A stretch of DNA of 29,784 nucleotides from Macrostomum lignano (taxonomy: Eukaryota). The notes under the pieces are model-generated. The model saw nothing but the letters and a program-made list of their open reading frames with translations, searched no databases and was not told the DNA's origin. The stretch's first letter is position 1, and each line of letters starts with the position of its first letter. Below, piece after piece: positions 20,201-29,784 of the stretch. The stretch covers positions 1 to 29,784 of the forward strand of contig NIVC01000588.1 in the NCBI GenBank assembly GCA_002269645.1, written 5' to 3'. The position numbers were made by a program, and so were the translations under genes.

Positions 20201-21144
20201 CGGGTTTTATTGTTGGGTGTTAGTCAACTCACTCAATTTTAAGGGCCAAAATGTGATTCCGCTTTCATCGAAAGGGTGTACATCGAGAAAACAGTGGCAC
20301 CTTTGAGTGCTCTTGAGTGCTGACCCTACTACTATATCAAGGACTACTGTAGTATAACAAGACGTAAAACTTAATGGTCGTGTAATTTTTAGGAGGCAAA
20401 TTTGCTGGAAAAAATACACAATGTTGTGTTCTGAAAGTTTTATTTTCATATTTTCTTTTTTCATAAGGCCAAGTTTTAAATGAGCACAAGTGAAATTTTT
20501 GTTTTGTTGCTTCTTGAGTGCAGTTTATTTGTAATAAAGTTTTTGCACGAAGGTACTCATTTTTAGACCCTTAAGCTAGGCCTTGGCTAAAAAATTGATA
20601 GCTTTCGAAAGACTAGGTCAGCAGCAATATGGAAAATGGTATTGGTAAACAGTTAATTATTTAGGCAGGTCTAGGAATCCATATACTACATCTAAAATGT
20701 AGCTACTAATTTACATTTAAATGGAGCTATAACTACACTAATGGCTTAAGAGTACCCATGCATGCAGCCATTTTTATTACAAAATTTCTTTGATTCAAAA
20801 AGCAACAAAACAAATGTTCCATTTGCGAGTATTTATAACTTTGGCTTGGGCTGAAAATTTTTTTCCTATCTCAGAAGTGCATTTTTCAAGGAGATTGGCC
20901 TCCTTATATGATTACACGTCTTTGCGTTTTGCGTCCTGTTATGCTACAGTGGTCCTTGAACTAAATACAGCTTTTCCACGTCGAAATGACTCTTCAGATC
21001 ATCAAATCGGAGCTGCGTCGCAAAGGCCACGCAGTTCAGCCCTCCAGTTCGCTCAGCGTGATCGAGGCGGTCCAGCGACTGCCGAACGGGAAGCTGCAGG
21101 CGAATTGGGACTTTCGAAAGCCGTCAAAGACGGGCGGCTTTTAG
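17286..21144 (+). CDS. ggt: Gamma-glutamyltranspeptidase paralog 2 (about 610 aa; first exon tentative)
   Basis: join(17286..17311?,17637..17749,17851..18079,18152..18653,18978..19429,19587..19950,20998..21144). Exons 3-7 are 229/502/452/364/147 nt, identical to paralog 1. TM VFALLAAVITALTVLVIVFVSLYL. All catalytic motifs present. Intron 6 donor is GC (GAG|gcaagt, 19951). The first exon was chosen only by phase fit with a weak donor. Confidence 0.9.
20338..20958. mobile_element. MITE with 33-bp TIRs, possibly P-superfamily, in GGT2 intron 6
   Basis: Left CAAGGACTACTGTAGTATAACAAGACGTAAAAC (20338-20370) vs reverse complement of 20926-20958 CAAGGACCACTGTAGCATAACAGGACGCAAAAC: 4 mismatches. Flanking 8-mers TACTATAT / AACTAAAT match 6 of 8. 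CAAGG fits the CANRG terminus of P elements. Confidence 0.6.
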
Positions 21145-21934
21145 CCGCACCTGCCTGCTGGCTGCTGTTGACAACTATACACTTCGTAAATATCGGCCGT
21201 TCTGATTCTCACTGGCTAGAGGCGTGCTGACTTTCCAAGAAAGATCTATTTTAAGTAACATAAATTTGAAAAGTTTTCATTTTCACAATAATAGCTTTAA
21301 TTATCAAGAATGTCAGCACTGAAGGCATCTTTCCAGTTTACTTTATATGAGTTGGATCTCAGTTCAACAAATTTCAATCCGTAAACTTTATACTCGAAAT
21401 TTCTTTCTTTTTAGAAACTTAAATTACCAGCGTACAGATAAATTAATTCAACTTCTTTTTCGAATAAATGTTTTTTTCAGAAAAAATGTGCCCACTACTC
21501 ATAATAGTTAGTATAATGTAGTAATCTAGGATCAGACTTTTTATCGTGTTACCTTAAAAAATCTTGGAATTCAAAATATAACTGAACTGAATCTTGCAGA
21601 ATATTTTTTACTACGGCACGAACTGTCGCTATAGGTTTTAGACAGGTTTTCAAAATGACTACAGACTTGTTTACATGTATAGTTGCGATTCACTAATCAC
21701 AAAGATAGTTAAGTTATGTTTCAAAGACATTACTTATTAGTCCGCCTATGTACTCAGGTAAAAACCTAGAAAGCAGGGATTGGGGCTGTAGCCTCCTATC
21801 AGTATCAGTGCTCTCTTATCGGCACTGGGCGGCTCGAATAAGCAGATAAAAATAGTCAGACTGCATGGCCATCCGCATGCAAGGCCGAATTGAATGTTTT
21901 GAGCAACTGCAGGCTCCACAAACACGCAAGAGAA

Positions 21935-26653
<4,719 letters not shown>

Positions 26654-26675
26654 TTCCATACAGTTGACCAATGAC

Positions 26676-27000
26676 GAGGGTATATCAACTGTTTGGCGTC
26701 TTTAAATGCCAAACTTTCAGTTGATAAGTCGTCGAGGCCCACTTAAGGACTACTAGACTACTGTCGTGACTTTTTAGTCATCTGACTTATCTCTTAAGTT
26801 CATCTATCGGATACGATTGTCTCTTTGTTTACTAGTTCTGTCTGTCTGGTTCATCTGATTTATCTTATCTCTCTCTCTCTCTCTTGATCGCTTCTTATTG
26901 GCTCTTCATTCATCTGAGAGAGTGGTTTTACGCAGTAAGGCGGGTTGGTGCGCCACTGAGGAAAGAGCTAGCTAAGATCGAAGAGCCAATCAGAAGCGAG

Positions 27001-27037
<37 letters not shown>

Positions 27038-27232
27038 AGATGAATCACATGAGCCAGACACAGAGAAATAGTAAACATAGACGAGCGCAGATGAACTGAA
27101 GAGAATAGTCACATGATTAAAAAGGCGCGAAAGTGGTCTAGTAGTCCTTGAATGGCCCTAGTCGTTTCCCCTAGTCGTTTCCTTCAACTGATGTTTCGTA
27201 TTCAAAGACGCCAAACAAGTTTGATCCATCTT
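26676..27232. mobile_element. Foldback/MITE-like element with about 230-bp imperfect inverted arms containing (TC)n/(GA)n
   Basis: Left TGTTTGGCGTCTTT...AAGGACTACTAGAC...GTTCATCT...TCTCTCTC...GCTTCTTATTGGCTCTTC pairs with right GAAGAGCCAATCAGAAGC...GAGAGA...AGATGAAC...GTCTAGTAGTCCTT...AAAGACGCCAAACA. The central spacer is about 70 nt. Confidence 0.8.
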
Positions 27233-27538
27233 GTTCTGTTGCAGCAAAGTTTCAAATCAAAAATTGTTCTCGTTTGATTAGATCGATTGATTGACAGATT
27301 AAATATAAATTGACTAGATTGTTTGGACGCTTGATTAGATATTTACATCTTTATTGTGCAGGCATAGAAGGCAATTTATCTAATATAGAAAGTTTGAATT
27401 ATGACCAGGCAAACAGTTTTTATAGGAAAAATTTCAGATTCTATGATCATATATTTACGTTTTAATAATGCTTTGTTATATTTGGCAATCAAACCGCTAG
27501 GCAGCACGATTTACCAGCTACTTGAACATATCAATCTA

Positions 27539-27608
27539 AATAAAAAGCATTGAAACTGCTGTTTTTAGGCCAGGTAGGGCATAGTGAATGCAAATTCATT
27601 CATTTATT
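27539..27608. terminator. Convergent candidate poly(A) signals of GGT3 (+) and GGT4 (-)
   Basis: AATAAA on + at 27539-27544 and AATAAA on - at 27603-27608, between the two stop codons (26653 and 27856). Use is not demonstrated. Confidence 0.3.
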
Positions 27609-27855
27609 CTTTCTTATTCGTTAATTTCGGTGCCTACTGTTTCTGTTGACTTGTTGACACAGCATTAAATGAGTTTCAGCTTACTATCTACTCATGAGTA
27701 GTATGGATAAAATATAATATTAATTAAGTAATCCGCATAGCTAGCCACGCTGGAGTAAGTTTATCATACAATAATGTATCAGAGCAGCCTTTTTAATAGA
27801 ACTTTAATCGTAGGAACATCACTAAGTAAACCCTCGTCAAGCATTCGTTCATCGA

Positions 27856-29784
27856 TCAGACACCGCCAGTCCTAGACGGCTTGTGATAGTCCGCATTCGC
27901 TTGAAGCTGCCCGTTCGACAGTCGCTCAATCGCCTGAACGGCGCACTGATCCGTCTGAATGGTTTCAGTTTGTGGCCTTTGCGACGAAGCTCCTCCTTGA
28001 TGATCTGGAGAGGGCAGTAAGGAGAGTGAGCAAACGTCTATCGGGAGTGCACGAAGACAATGTAGCTAAATTCTGACCGAATGGTCTACCGGAAACGGCT
28101 CACGATCTTCCTGTCAAACTTAGGGTGTTGAATTATGACGGCTTATACGAGCGTATCATGATATAAGATTGCCTCGAACACTACCAGACTGCCACAGTTG
28201 ATTAGCTGTCAGCAACCACAATCTTTTAGTACATACAATTTCAGTTGCTATTCAAAAGACAAGGGCTTGCCTCAGGTGGGTCACAAGCATCCGGATTGTA
28301 GTTGAGCACATTCGGCACCAGCTGGTGATGCAGTCGGTAGGAGTCCACAGCCGCCTTGACCGTCTCATTCAGGTACAGCTGTCTGGCCAGCGTGTAAGCG
28401 ACAGCCGTGGTGATGCGCGAGCCGCCAGCAGCGCCGCTGACAAACTGGACGTCACCATCGGCGTTAACGACGATCACTGGCGCCATTGAAGACATCGGGC
28501 GCTTGTTCGCCGCAATAAAGTTGGTGGGCGAGGCTGGTAGGCCAAAGTAATTTGTCTTGTTGGGCTGAGAGAAGTCGTCCATCTCGTTGTTATAAAAAAT
28601 TCCAGTGCGGACGCCTCGAATCAAAGAGCCAAAGCTGCAATGTGGGTTTTATGTTCAGAGTTTCCATCCGAAACGAGACGTCGAATTCTTATAGAATGCT
28701 TATAGTCAACAGCAAAGAAATTTCCTGGTAGGATTAGCAATCAACTCACTACGTATTGATTGTGGAGGTGATAGAAATTGCGTTGCCGTCAGAGTCCACA
28801 AGAGACACGTGAGTCGTGCCAGAGTCCTCCTTCCACTCGAACATTGGTCCATAGTAGTTGACATCGTGCGTGGTATCGTCGGTGATGCGACTGCGAAGCT
28901 CCGACGCGTAGCTGCTGCTCGTCATGTTGGCCACCAGCTCGGTCACGTTCACGAAGGCCGCGTCGCCCAGACCGGAGCGCTTCGCGTAAGCGAACTTGAA
29001 CGACTCGACGAGACGGTGGAGAAAGTTGACGTAGCCGTCTTTCGTCGACCTCGCCTTTGCTGAATCTCCAGCGTAGCCGTCCATGATGCCGAGAATGAGA
29101 GAAAGAACGGCTCCGCTACTCGGAGGAGGCAGCGAGTAGAGCGTCAGGCCCTTCGACGACAGAGTCGCTGTTAGTGGCGTGAGACGCCTTGGTCGGTAGT
29201 TCTGAGATATATTGTAATTTACTTCGAAATAGTTGAAAGGTTGAGAAAATTTATAACATAGATCTCGTGTATTCGATTTTTGTACTTAAAGGTAAAAGGT
29301 TTTCACCATCGTCTCACAGTAGAAAAAAGTTGCAAGGCATTGATGCGACTTACTAATAGGTCATTTTTTGTAATGTTCCCTCCCGGCCGCGCAAGCACTT
29401 CCTGAACGATGTCATCGGCTAAGCTCCCATTGTAGAATACCTGCGGATCGTTTGCAATCTTGTCCATGGTGTCGGCCAGTTTAGTGTCAACAAGCACATC
29501 ACCCTCCTTATACGGCTTTCCTGTAGCCGGATTGACCATCAGTCTTTCAGCTCCTTGAACGGAGCCACATCCGGCACTTGCGGATATTTTGAGGCGAACG
29601 CTTTCGCTAGCGGGGCGGGACACGCGCTGGCCCTCGCGAAGCACTCGCGAGACCGCTCGACCACGGAGCGCCACGGAAGGCGGCCGTGCGCCGCGTGAGC
29701 CGCTGCCAGACCGGCGACCTCGCCGGGCACACCGATCGCCAGACCGCCGCTAGAGGGAAGGCGTTCGACGGCAGGCGCTGTACA
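27856..29784 (-). CDS. ggt: Gamma-glutamyltranspeptidase paralog 4 (5' partial; frameshifts in exons 4 and 7, either pseudogene or sequence error)
   Basis: complement(join(27856..28004,28271..28634,28750..29201,29354..29784)). Exons 5 and 6 are intact (452 and 364 nt) with EDSG|TTHVS, TSTINTYFGS, NNEMDDFS and RPMSSMAP. Intron 6 donor is GC (GAG|gcaagc). Exon 7 is 149 nt rather than 147. Exon 4 has several 1-2 nt indels relative to paralog 2. Confidence 0.8.

Overview
Intron-containing animal (probably invertebrate) genomic DNA; the species cannot be determined from the sequence. The core is a cluster of four gamma-glutamyltranspeptidase (GGT) paralogs. Three lie on + (3264-8707, about 17286-21144, about 21935-26653) and one on - (27856-29784, cut by the window end). 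All share the same exon phases, and core exon lengths are identical or differ by a few codons (452, 364 and 147 nt for exons 5-7). All keep the autocatalytic Thr (EDSG|TTHVS). The paralogs are sequence mosaics: near-identical exon tracts alternate with divergent ones and different paralog pairs are closest in different exons, which suggests gene conversion. Paralog 3 has clustered changes in the glutamyl-donor pocket and lid loop, and its membrane anchor is encoded by a GTT microsatellite. The left end holds the 3' part of a Cys/Trp-rich gene with about 140-aa repeats and many frameshifts. Intergenic and intronic DNA contains a Crypton-type tyrosine recombinase with a 145-bp palindrome upstream, two nested Tc1 (DD34E) derivatives, a MIR-like CORE-SINE, a second tRNA-derived SINE family, several MITE/foldback elements, an unclassified repeat with five copies in alternating orientation, a 10-bp/32-bp satellite and about 1 kb of (TTAG)n. 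Indels concentrated at both window ends may be sequencing errors. I cannot claim a wholly new system from sequence alone; the best leads are the mosaic GGT array with a divergent paralog 3, the Cys-rich repeat protein, and the Crypton with its palindrome. All alignments and counts were done by eye.
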